DNA from: Intoshia linei
Taxonomy: Eukaryota > Animalia > Orthonectida
Direction of reading: 5' to 3'
DNA length: 49,888 nt
Assembly (NCBI GenBank): GCA_001642005.1
Contig: LWCA01000123.1
Coordinates: forward strand, 1-49,888
Below are positions 37,677 to 49,888 of this stretch, piece by piece. The notes beneath the pieces are model-generated. The model did not search any database and was not told where the DNA came from. It was given only the letters and a program-made list of their open reading frames with translations. Both the position numbers and the translations under genes were made by a program. Position 1 is the first letter of the stretch, and each line of letters starts with the position of its first letter.

Positions 37677-37782
37677 TATAGGAATGTATACAATCAAGTT
37701 TAATTCATATGAACATCTAAACAACAATATGATTGTTTGGTTATTTTATCATTAAAGTAATTTTGATAAATTTCAAAATTTC

Positions 37783-40290
37783 ATGGCTTCAAATTATACT
37801 TTCAAGGTTTTTATTTTTATTTGTAGAGTCAATTTGAATAGATCTCTATTGTGGGGATTGGAGGAGTAGGAAAATCAGCTATAGTGCGTAGATTTACCCA
37901 ACAGAGAGTATTTATAATATTTATATACGTTTGATTTCTCAATATTAGTATTCCGAAGAGTATGTTCCAACCAAAGCAGATTCTTATACTCGAAAAATTA
38001 TTGTCGATAATGTAGAATGCGTATTGGATATTTTGGACACTGCCGGGCAGGAAGATTTCATTTCATTGAGAGATCCATATATTCGATCTAGTGAAGGGTT
38101 TATACTGACTTATGCTGTTGACGAAAAAGAATCACTGGATGAATTATCCACAATTTAGTAAATTTTATTTTTTTTATTTTTAATTGTTTGTATAGTGAAC
38201 AAATTAAACGCATCAAGTGCCCTTTAGAAACCTCCCCTAATCCTCCCATTGTCATTGCTGCAAATAAATCTGATAAAGAGGATTTTCGAACTGTTTTATA
38301 CAATGATGGTAAAGAATTGTCGGAAATTTGCTTTGCTACTTTTTACGAATGCTCTGCTAAAAAAGATATTAATATTGAAAATGTAATTTTAGTAACGTTA
38401 TTGTTTTTACTATTTACATAATACTTATTCATACAATTATATTATTTATTTATTTACATTAATACATATGTATTTGCATAATAGTGCTAGGTTAATAAAA
38501 TAGTTTTGTTTTAGGGTTGGTCAATGACTTTCACAGTAATCACTAAAAGTAATTAATAAATATATGTGTTCATCTAAAAAATATATAGCACATTAATTAA
38601 TAATTATTAATTATTATAATCATGTACTTAATGTACAATAATGGATGTACTTGATTTAGTGTTATCCTGAAAATCTGATATCTGTATGAATATGTAACTA
38701 AAATATGTTCAATGAACATTGTTCATTTAAACATGTATGTCAAAGAAATTATTTCAACAGATATTACTTTTTTCATCGTTTCGTGCAAAATCTGTCATGT
38801 TAAATATTTAATTAAAATTTGTAATTATCAATCAGCTGACAAGCTTTAATAACTAGTAAACGACTGGTAATGTAAATTACTTTGGGAAAAACATTAGTGA
38901 AGTGATTTTTCAAACTTTAGATTATAAAATTTTATTTTTTGAGCCTTCTGACCCCACTAAAATATTTAATATAAACAGTTCATAGTGCAAGATAATATCT
39001 CATAATATTCTTTTATCTACGTAGCATTTTTTTAATTAATTAATAGTTTAATTTGTTTTTTCAATGGAATATTCACAAAAAGTTTGAGTAAATAGTATTT
39101 TTTTTTTGATTATAGAATTTTGTTAATTATGTTAATTTTTTGTGTGTTCACTTGAAATTATACGAATATAGTCAAACCTCTTTATAAACAAAGATTTTGA
39201 AAATTTAACAACTAATTTGTTTTTTGGAGTATTACAAAAACGTAATAAGTGACAAAATAACGTCATTCCATAAAACGTAAACTTTGACATGTGAAAATGT
39301 AATAAACAAATTATATACGATTGATATATTTTTAAAAGCATAATAATTTGTTTATAAAGAGGTTTCACTGTATTTGTTATTTCCTTTTTCAAAATAATGA
39401 GTAATTTAGGTTTTGATCGTGAAAATGCTCATTTTGGAGGTTGTGATTTATGAAAATGTTTATCATTTTAAAAAAACTATCCGCACAATTCATGTATAAA
39501 ATTCTCGACTTTTTTATTTTTTGCAAAAAAGGATAATTTGGGTTTTGCCGTGAAGATATAAGACTTTGAAATTGAAAATGATCATAATGTTTCTAATTTT
39601 AAATTTTAATCTAATTTTAATTTTAATGTTTCTAATCTTTATCAGATTATGTATTTTTTATTATTCTTGACGTAAAACAACTGGATATTCAAAAATATAA
39701 TTTTTTAAATTATTAATTTGGAAATAGAGAGGGGTTTTTAAATTAATTTATATGTGGATAGTTTTGTTATAACATCTAAAAAAATGATCACTTTTCTACT
39801 AATATTAAAATAAAATAAAAAAGTGTCTACTTAAGAGTGTTATACAAGTAAGGGTTACTAAAAAATATTGAAAAACTGTAATAAAGTCAGAATTTAAAAT
39901 ATAATTCCATTTTTACATTCTGTCTATTTTTGGATTTTTGGGACTGAAACATTTAAAAGTTAAAAGATCGTACCTATGACGACCTCTGTCATATCCTATA
40001 TAGTAAATACAAACTTTGATTATTTTATGGATTGTTTATATAGACATGGTTTATCATTCTTATTTTAATGTACACTGCACAACTGTATTCACTATTAATT
40101 TACTAATGTACATTTCTGTAATGTATGTATTAGGATCATTGCATCAATGGTCCTATTTATATTTGAGTTAATTATTATTTAGCTTTTCGAATGCCTTGTT
40201 AGAAAGATCCAATTGCAACGTCACAAAAGTCACAATCCCAAGCCTGTCAAGAAAAAGAAAAGAAAATTTTTTCCTTGTACAATACTTTAA
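37783..40290 (+). CDS. RAL: Ras-family small GTPase, Ral-like
   Basis: GIGGVGKS P-loop, effector loop YVPTKADSY (Ral signature YEPTKADSY), DILDTAGQED, NKSD, ECSAK. The last exon (40183-40290) ends in polybasic KKKKRK plus CAAX CTIL*. Confidence 0.85.
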
Positions 40291-41129
40291 CTACCCACGT
40301 TTGATTAAACCTCACTTTTATTAATATACTACCTTGAATACATATTTCGGATGAATTTTACCAACAGTGCAAAGCATTGTAATAAATATAAAATGATAAT
40401 ACAGTCCGACCGCCGTTTGGGACGAACCCTGCAGCGGGCACTTTTTCAATATCATGTTAGTTTCATTGTAATTTGTACTATTTCCTATAAATATAGCTAA
40501 ATTAAAAGCCCTAGTATAAAAAGTTATCTGAACTAAAAATATGTGTAATGTATGCAACGAGTAAAGGAACAATATCTCGAATAAAAAAGGAAATTGTACT
40601 ACATTTGAATAATCAAGTGATGAGTGTTAATTTTGATGAAGAAATATCGTCAACAAGCGGACATAATTATTTTTTATTTGAAGATAATTTAAGATCTTAA
40701 TACCAAATTTTATTAATTTAGAAAAAAAAACAATAAGATAACCGATTATTTATATCAGATCCAATAATTTTTTATCAAATTTCTTTTTATCTAATATTAT
40801 GTATACATTAAGATTTTATTGTCGTCTTAATATTCTTGCGTTTCTCAAATTTTCAATATTATAAAAGTCTATTTTTTAAATAAATATAATATATCATTCT
40901 TCAATGAATTTAATAGATAACAGAATTTTATGATTACCCTCAGTGTTTGGGGCACTTTATAAAAAAGGTACCCAAAACGGGGTTATACTGTAACAAAGTT
41001 ATACTTCGCTGTTGTAGTTTTAATTTAAAATTTAAACTAAAATTTCGTTAAATGTTTCGAAAATGAAAAATTGCGTAGCAATGAAAAAAAATCTCAAGGG
41101 AATAAATTATATAGATTTTCATCCATATT

Positions 41130-41885
41130 TTTGAATTGGAAATGTGTAGACGTTCAATGCACATTTTTTTTGTAATTGTAAATGATTATTTATTTATTCG
41201 TTTTGAATTTGAAAAATATTGGTTCATAATATATTAAACATTATTTTTCACCGGGAATGCGTAGATTTCTGGGGTTGAAATTTTGTATTTATATCAACTG
41301 GAATAAGCTCTATCAGAATAATTTTTTTTTTAAATTTTTGGACACTTAATTATTTCAAATTTTTCGTTTTAATAAAATATTTTCGAATTAAAAAAAAATT
41401 AATACTAAAGTGCTTTTTTAACCGTGAAGGCGTCACTTTGTCAGATTGAAATTTTTTGTGTGTGTTTACTGGATATAACTATTTGAGGTATTTTGTTTGA
41501 AATTCAATGACTCTTCATTTTTAATAAAAGGTAATCTGGGGTTTTGATCGTGAAAATGCACTTTTTAAGGTTGCCATTTATTATAATGCATATGATATTA
41601 AAAAATATCCCAAGTTTATGCTTTATAAAATTTTAGTACATATTTTTATTTTTTAAACATTGGGTAATTTGTGGTTTTGATTATTAAGGGTTACGTTTCT
41701 GAGGCTTAGATTTACGACAATTTTAATGATTTTAAATCGTGTCCCAGAATGTATGTTATATTAAATTTTTGGGCAGATTTTATTTTTATAAAAAAGGTCA
41801 AATAGGGTTTTTTTAATTCTGCTAGTCAATTTTTTCAATAAATGGTAACAAACACACAGACATTCAATTTTATAAAGTAAAGGAT
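41130..41885 (-). mobile_element. Helitron-like element, long copy
   Basis: Ends ACACACAGACATTCAATTTTATAAAGTAAAGGAT, which is A|TCCTTTAC on the minus strand. Extended inverse homology to 47100-47762 (e.g. TGTGTAGACGTTCAAT, CACCGGGAATGCGTAGAT). Confidence 0.65.
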
Positions 41886-42444
41886 ATACTCATTTTGTAC
41901 AAATTATGCGTGGGAAACGTTTGGCACTATGTCGGATTGACCTTTTTTACATTTACACGTTGAAATGTATACAATACGTAATTAACTTGTACATTTAAAT
42001 GTACATCATAAGAAATCAGTTTAACTTAATTGAAATTAAAAATTTCCTCACATGATCATTTAAGATGCCCTCGCAAGTTGCGAGGCTTGCAGTCATTTAT
42101 AAAATGCTAATAATTTTATTTATACTTGTACTCGTTGGCAATTAGAACGATATTGCCATATTAACTTAATTTGTGAAATATAGGGCATTATTAGTAAAAG
42201 TAATGAGTAAATATATATAGTTGCTGTTGGATCAAAATAGTACAATTCGACCAAGTTCAATTAGATATTACTGTACTGCGTCAGTGACATGTAATTTAAC
42301 CAAATAAAGTAGACATAATTGTATGTTTCCATATATATACAACTTTATTGTTCTATAAATCGACGTTTTTATTGCATTTTTAGTTTACTTGATTCACATT
42401 TTACATTTCATTGCTAGCGAAAAATTACTCTTAAACGTTTTGAA

Positions 42445-43137
<693 letters not shown>

Positions 43138-43985
43138 TGATCCTTTTAAATTTATACATTTATATTAAATTGTGTCATATTTATTATTTTTTTATATTCA
43201 TTTCATTTTTTGGAATATTGTACAAATCGGAATAAGATCAAATTAATTTTTTTTTTTTGTTCGTGCAATAGAATAATTTCAAGCATAAAATTTGAGATTG
43301 ATAAAATAACTCATTTTTGGAATAGATGGAACGATACAGTTAATGTATGTTTTTTTAGTCTAAATAAATAAATCAAAAAAGCATCTTCAAGGCAAAAACA
43401 GTCAACAATCAAAATTCTTTTTCATTGAGCAGTGGGTTTAAGTGGTTTTGTTAATGAAACATTGGGTTTTTTGATAATTAAGGCTTGGTGTTAATACATT
43501 CATTTATAAGTGGTCATCTGGCTCTAATCATGAACATATGCCTAACGGTAATATTATTTTTTTATTGTCACGACAATTGTAAACGTCACCATGTTATAAA
43601 ACTATACTATATATATGTATATAACTAGTAAGCATAGATTGGATAAAAGGTCAGGTGCGAACGCATCTCATTGAAAATTTTAAAGTCGATCACATCAAAA
43701 AAAGGTTGCGTAATGATGAAAACAAAGTTTTGCACCATTGTATTAAGTCATGTATGAATGAATCAAATTACGTTTTAATGCAGACTTTTTTTTATAATTG
43801 GTAGTATATATAGAGAACTATAGTTTTCATCTAATTGAACCCACTGTTGTCTTTCCACGACTCTTCTATATTTATTTTTTATAGTTTAAAAATATTTTGA
43901 ATACATATAGCGGCTCGACGACTAGAACAATGTTCAAAATTGAGACTGAATCTAAAATTATGATACATAATATAATATACTAGGT

Positions 43986-44019
43986 GCTGTTTGTACGTAG
44001 TACAAAACAGCCAAGCTAG
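43986..44019 (+). mobile_element. Helitron 3' terminus
   Basis: GCTGTTTGTAC-gta-GTACAAAACAGC hairpin followed by caagCTAG|T. Confidence 0.7.
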
Positions 44020-44336
44020 TAATAATATAATATTATTTAGATTAATCATGTAAAAAAATAATTAGCATGAATGAGATCTAAAAAATAAATAATTCTCATT
44101 CGGTACGCCAAGAAAATTTGATAACAAGTCATACCGTTTCGCAAAGGTTCAATTACATCACATTTTTTGCTTTTTGTACGGAAATAATTTTTTTTCTTAA
44201 ATTTACAGCTTTCATTCCAAAATCTTATACTATGGTTTATAATCTTAGTTGTCTTCTTCAATCTTGGTTTACTAAAATTTTTTATTTGCTTCCAAGCGCG
44301 GCCCAAGAAAAAAGTTTGAGAAACATGGTTCTAAAC

Positions 44337-44599
44337 AAAGGGTCGGCAACCTTTTGCATCTCATGGGCCACTAATATACCAAAAAATTAGACGGAACCCG
44401 TTTTTGAAAATTCACACATGATAATTTCAAATATAATTTCAATTTTAACTGAAGTGAAGCGGTTCTAGTATATTCAACAAATAAAATCCAGAGTGATCTG
44501 AAAATTATTGTAATGAGCCAATTGTAGTAGAAAATATTTAAAAATAAATAATTTACATATTTACTCAAAGAGCCACCAAAATTATTCTGTGGACCACTG
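44337..44599 (+). mobile_element. hAT MITE
   Basis: Perfect TSD TTCTAAAC (44329-44336 and 44600-44607). Abuts the right end of another MITE (GTTTGAGAAACATG). Confidence 0.8.
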
Positions 44600-44883
44600 T
44601 TCTAAACCGACAGAATATTAATCTCCGCTATAAATGTTTTTTCTTTAAAACTGCAAACAGTAAAGACTTTATTATGACGACATAATATTTATTTAGAGAA
44701 TTATCTTAAACCTAACCATTTTTACTAAAATACTTTCATAGGCAGCTTAGCTTCATGCTATTATTGCATAAAACGCCGAAAAGTAAATGCAATAAGTTTT
44801 TTCGGTTTCATCTGCATAATTACGACAGGTAAAACAAAATTCTAGTTACTTTAAAAATAATACGAAAATTATTTAATGAAATT

Positions 44884-46935
44884 TTAATCGACTTCTTCGA
44901 TAGTTGGACCTGATGCACCGGGGCCAGCAGCACAAGGACCTCCCATATCTCCATGCATACCGGCTCCTCCGGGCATATTAAAATTTCCTGGCATTTGACC
45001 ACCACCAGCAGCTTGCAATTTCCCCATTGCCGGTGTATATACTTCCTGCAATTCTTTTTTATGTTGTTCATACAATTCCTTGTCCTCATTCTAAAATTTA
45101 AAAGATTTAAATGTAACTTATATAAATAGATAATTATAATAAAATAAAAAAAAAACTTGATTATTGTCACAAAATTCTATCTTTGATTTGGCCATATTGA
45201 CAATTTTATCACATTCTTCTTTACCAATTAGTTGTACCGCTTTTTCTTCTGAAAGGGCAGATTTAATTCCAAAAGCATAGTTCTCCAGTTCATTTTTAGC
45301 GTCGATTGAGGCTTTTTTAATATTATCCTCTTTTTCAAATTTTTTAGCCTCATTAACCATTCTGTCAATTTCTGATTGAGAACTTTTTTTTTCGTTGGTA
45401 ATAATTAAATCTTTTTTTTGGTTGGCTTCTTTACACTCTGCCGTAACCTTCAAAATACCATTAGCGTCCATATCAAATGTGACTTCTACTTTGGGTCCGC
45501 CTCTTGGACCCGGAGGGATACCAGTTAAATCAAATTTTCCTAATAAATGATTGTCTTTTGACAACGGCCTTTCTCCTTCATAAATTTCAATTGAAACTGC
45601 AGGTTGGTTATCGGCGTACGTCGTAAACGACTGCATCTTTTTGGTGGGAATAGTGGTATTACGTTCAATAATTTTAGTCATTACAGAGCCTGAAGTTGTA
45701 ATGCCCATCGATAAAGGAGCTACGTCAAGTAACAATAAATCTTGAACTTTTTCACTTTGATCGCCAGCCATAATCGCAGCTTGAACTGCCGCACCATACG
45801 CGACGGCTTCGTCTGGATTAATGCTATGATTTAATTTTTTACCATTAAAGAATTTAGAAAGCAAACTTTGAATTTTTGGAATTCGAGTAGAACCACCAAC
45901 AAGAACAATATCGTGTATTTGACTTTTATCAAATCCTGAATCACGCAATGCTTTGTCGACCGGGTCGAGTGTGCTGGTGAATATATCATTGCATAAATCT
46001 TCCAATCTAGCTTGAGTCATGGTAGTCTGATAGTCGATACCATCAAACACTGAGTCTATGTTGATTATAGTTTGCGATTCAGAGGATAAATTTCGTTTGG
46101 CACGTTCGCATTCAGTTTTCAAACGACGCATAGCTCTTCTATTTCCAGTAATATCTTTCTTGTGTTTCTTTTGAAAATCTTGGACGCAGTGCTGCACTAA
46201 TCTCTCGTCAATGTCTTCACCTCCCAAATGAGTGTCTCCAGCCGTTGATTTTACTTCATATACACCTCCGACAATAGTCAAAATAGAAACATCAAATGTG
46301 CCACCTCCCATGTCAAAAATTAAAACGTGTCTATCTTCGTCGCCAATTTTGTCCAACCCATACGCTAGAGCAGCAGCCGTTGGTTCGTTCAAAATCCTCA
46401 AAACATTAATACCAGCAATAGCACATGCATCTTTTGTAGCTTGTCTTTGACCATCATTGAAATAGGCTGGAACTGTGACCACTGCGGAAATTTTCGTATT
46501 GTCGTCTGCTGGAGCACCAAAAAATTTTTTTGCCGTTTTGACCATAAAAGATAGTACCATTCCAGAAATTTCTTCAGGGTAAAATCTTTTTTTTTCGTTT
46601 TTGTAAGTCAAACAAATTTGCGGTTTATCTTTTCCGTCTGGTTTGATATCATACGTCATATTTTTAACATCCTGTTGAACAGTAAGGTCGCTATAATTTC
46701 GACCAATTAATCTTTTTACATCGTAAATTGTATTTGCTGTATTAGATGCAGCCTGGTTCTTGGCAGCGTCTCCAATTAATCTTTCAACGTCAGTGAAACT
46801 CACGTAACTTGGTGTCGTTCTTGTACCAACATCGTTTGCCAAAATTTCGACACTATTGTGTTGATATACTGCAACGCAAGAATATGTTGTTCCCAAGTCG
46901 ATTCCTATTGCTGGATATTTCCCTGTTTTAGACAT
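44884..46935 (-). CDS. HSP70: Cytosolic heat shock protein 70
   Basis: [45 protein letters not shown]-terminal GPTIEEVD. A single 66-nt intron (45156-45091) joins the two ORF-track pieces in frame. Confidence 0.97.
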
Positions 46936-47099
46936 TTATTATTTTTTCACAATATAATTCAAAAATAATTATGATAAAAATGTTATGGTATTTAATAGTT
47001 GTTATAGTATATTTTTTCTAGACAATTTTATCAAATACTTTTACATACATAAGTGTATATTTAATTGATTATCCGTCTATAATTTTGTTATGCACAATG

Positions 47100-47762
47100 T
47101 GCACAAATTCATTTATTTAAAACATAAAAAGTTCTAGAATTTAAACAAACCCAATTTCTAATACAGTTTTGTTCAAGTGATGTTTTTATATGTTTTATTT
47201 CCCTAAATTAAATCCGTCAGGTAAAATTCCAATTTCCCTTTTTTTTAAAAAATAAAATCAATCCTATAATTTAAAAAAACATAATTCTGGGACGCATGAT
47301 AAAATCATGAACATTGTCGTACATCTCAGCCTCAGAAACGTACATTTTTGTGGTCAAAACCACAAATTACCCTTTGTTATAAAAGTGAAAAAAGTTCTAA
47401 AATTGTATAAATTACAGATGATATAGTTATATCCAGTTAACACACCAAAAAATTTTTCAATCATATAAAGTGAAGTCATGGTCAAAAATACACTTTAGTA
47501 TTCATTTTTTTTAATTCGAAACTATTATATTATAAACAAAAAAATTGACATAATTAACGCTCCTCCAATTAAACAAAAGAGAGTATTCTGATACAGCCTA
47601 TTCCAGTTGATATAAATACAAAATTTCAACCCCACAAATCTACGCATTCCCGGTGAAAAATAACTTATAACTTATTATCAACCAATATTTTCAAAATGTT
47701 GAATTAAAATTAAAAAGTTCATCCTACAATTAGAAAAAAATGTGTATTGAACGTCTACACAT
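47100..47762 (+). mobile_element. Helitron-like element copy just upstream of HSP70
   Basis: Reverse-complement homology to 41130-41830. Confidence 0.65.
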
Positions 47763-47866
47763 ATCCTCTGACGCGTTTGAAAATCATGACATTTAAATTT
47801 ACTTGATCATTAGTAATGATTCATAACATTTTAAAAAAGGGAAATCTGGGGTTTTGGTAGTGAATA

Positions 47867-48345
47867 CAGAGCCATTTTAAGTCATGGGCAATATGGGCTG
47901 TAGCCCAGGGCCTTTTATTAAAAAAGGCCCAAATTAATAAAAGTACTTTACATTTATATCTTAAAAATAGGCCACCAATTTATTAAAAAATACTTAACAT
48001 TTATATCTTAAGAATCAGTTTATAAGTGTGGGAATTCCAATAGCTAAAAAGAAAGTCAAAGTAGAATATAGAATCAAAGTTCAGGTAATTATTCAATTTA
48101 AAATATACTCTACAATGTTTATCATATAATATTGATATAAAACTGTTTCAAATGATAATATTTAAGTGAATATTTAAAAAAAAAAGTAGCAAATCTTTAA
48201 TTTTCTTTTATTAATTTTCAACTGTTTATATAATCAAACTTTCATGATAATTAGATAATACAGAATTGAAAATAATATTGACAAAAAAACTATTTCAAAT
48301 GAGGATTACAACAACCGGGCTACGAAGTGGGTTAAAACGGCTTTG
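47867..48345. mobile_element. hAT MITE inserted into a Helitron-like repeat
   Basis: TIRs CAGAGCCATTTTAA / TTAAAACGGCTTTG. Perfect TSD AGTGAATA. The host repeat reads through once it is removed. Confidence 0.85.
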
Positions 48346-48385
48346 AGTGAATATGCACTTTTTTTAGGTTGCCATTTTTTATAAT

Positions 48386-48864
48386 TAGGGCGACTAAAAG
48401 TTAAAAAAATTAATTTTTGTTATGTTTATCGGCATGAAATTACAAGCATGATGATATTAATATTATGCATATTAATTAGCTAATTAAAATTTAATTAAGT
48501 TACAAAGTGAAACAGGTGATTTTAAAGTACATTTTTTTAAAATATAAATATGGTTATATCAAAAATTATTTACATTCACTTGCGATTTAACAAGTCATTT
48601 AAATTTTATATTATTTATATGACATAGATTGATATAGTATATATTATATGACAGTAATATTATTAGAATCCCAAAATTTCCTAAAAGTCGATCTGAAAAG
48701 ATATCAATTTGAAAATAAATATATTGCAAAATAGAAATTTACATTTCCCAATTTGAAGTTTATATTTTTGTAATTATAAAATTTTTATAGGTTAATAAAA
48801 TTACATAATTTTTTTTTATAAGTTACAATTTTTTTATTTTATAGGTTAAAAAAAAACCGCCCTA
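48386..48864. mobile_element. hAT MITE with TAGGGCG termini, inserted into the same Helitron-like repeat
   Basis: TAGGGCGA... / ...ACCGCCCTA. TSD tttataat / gttataat matches 7/8. A similar right end lies at about 18164. Confidence 0.8.
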
Positions 48865-49385
48865 GTTATAATGCTTAATTTAATATTTTAAAACTATCCC
48901 AGAATTTATGTTTTATAAAATTTTGGACATGTTTAATTTTAACCATAGGGTAATTTGTGGTTTTGATTGTGAAGATGTGCGTTTCTGAGGCTGAGATTTA
49001 CGACAATGTTAATGATTTTAAAATGCGTCCCAGAATTAGTTTTAAACAAAAAGGGAAATTGGGTTTGACACGGAAGGACTCAAATTCGGAAACTTAAAAA
49101 TAGATATAAACACGCCCTAGGAAAACTGTATTAGAAATTGGAGTTTTTAATTCTACGACTGCCAATTTTTTAAATATACGCTAACACACACATATACAAT
49201 TTTATATAAGTGAAAGATTAGTTTTCACATAAATTCAGTCGTAATCGAAAGATATTAAATTAGTATTACAATTACTATCATTGCCGAAATATAACTTTTG
49301 ACTTCTCTAAATAATTATAATTTAACTAGAATTTTCAGCACCAAAAAAACTGATGTGGACACCGTTGAGAATGGTTGGTTTAGTC

Positions 49386-49717
49386 CAGTGTTTAACCTTT
49401 TTACTTTAGTGCGTAAATGTGAAATAAATATTTAAAAATAAAATGTAACAGAAATTTTTTTAAAACGGTTGTCATTGTTTTATTATTGTTTTTTCCATTT
49501 TTTTAATTACTTAAAACTAATATACTATATAAAACTGTAATAGTTGGAGTAAAGAATTTTTTTGTGTGACCCGCGTGATAATTTTTTCACATTGCCAAGC
49601 AAATTAAAAATATCCCAAAACGTAATCAAAGAATGTTAATGTAAAAGTTTGACACAAATTTTTAAAAATTTATAAAATACTCAAATTTCTATGCAGCGCA
49701 CAAATTATGAATCACTG
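49386..49717. mobile_element. hAT MITE
   Basis: CAGTGTTTAACC ... TATGAATCACTG with perfect TSD GTTTAGTC. Confidence 0.8.
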
Positions 49718-49829
49718 GTTTAGTCACTTATACAAGATATATAAAATCGATATAAGTGATAGCCTAGTAAGGCAGACAGTATACCGTCAGACTCACGCTT
49801 AGGATACACTGGTATAGTTCGATATTGAG

Positions 49830-49888
49830 CAGGGGTGTCAGACTCAATTTGCTTGGCGGGCCAAATGTGAAAAAAAATTATTACGCGG
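49830..49888 (+). mobile_element. Left end of a hAT (Charlie/Buster-like) MITE, truncated by the window edge
   Basis: CAGGGGTGTCAGACTCA...GCGGGCC is a typical terminus. Confidence 0.6.

Noticed and set aside
43300-43800. Possible FLYWCH/MULE remnant (HEHMP) downstream of UBE2D
   Set aside because: A single short motif with no supporting Cys/Trp pattern or termini.
46232-46450. Antisense or alternative-frame ORFs over real exons (also 1791-1979, 11009-11194, 21972-22160, 23678-23881, 26170-26367, 27620-27907, 31374-31625, 38100-38303, 44820-45170)
   Set aside because: These are shadows of genuine coding exons with no independent support.

Overview
Very AT-rich, intron-dense eukaryotic (metazoan) genomic DNA, not prokaryotic. 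Many GT-AG introns are only about 34-45 nt and a few large introns are packed with transposon debris. This resembles a compact invertebrate genome; the orthonectid Intoshia linei is only a guess. Genes reconstructed by manual splicing, in order: an LRR protein (-), a 270-aa orphan ORF (-), a TRPC channel (+), mitochondrial-type tyrosyl-tRNA synthetase (+), SERF/4F5 (+), SMN (-), BAG6 (+), FPGS (-), a Ral-like GTPase (+), UBE2D (+) and a cytosolic HSP70 (-). SERF and SMN are not called by the ORF track. Mobile DNA includes a decayed Tc1 element, a pogo/CENP-B fragment, hAT transposase remnants, many hAT-type MITEs with 8-bp target-site duplications (TSDs, often nested) and a Helitron-like family with internal tandem repeats. 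The most notable observation is SERF lying directly next to SMN, the same neighbours as at the human SMA locus, here tail-to-tail with 44 bp between stop codons. SMN is minimal (about 150 aa) and BAG6 appears to lack its C-terminal BAG-similar domain. I found no clear evidence of a wholly new biological system. All exon models were read by eye and are not transcript-verified.
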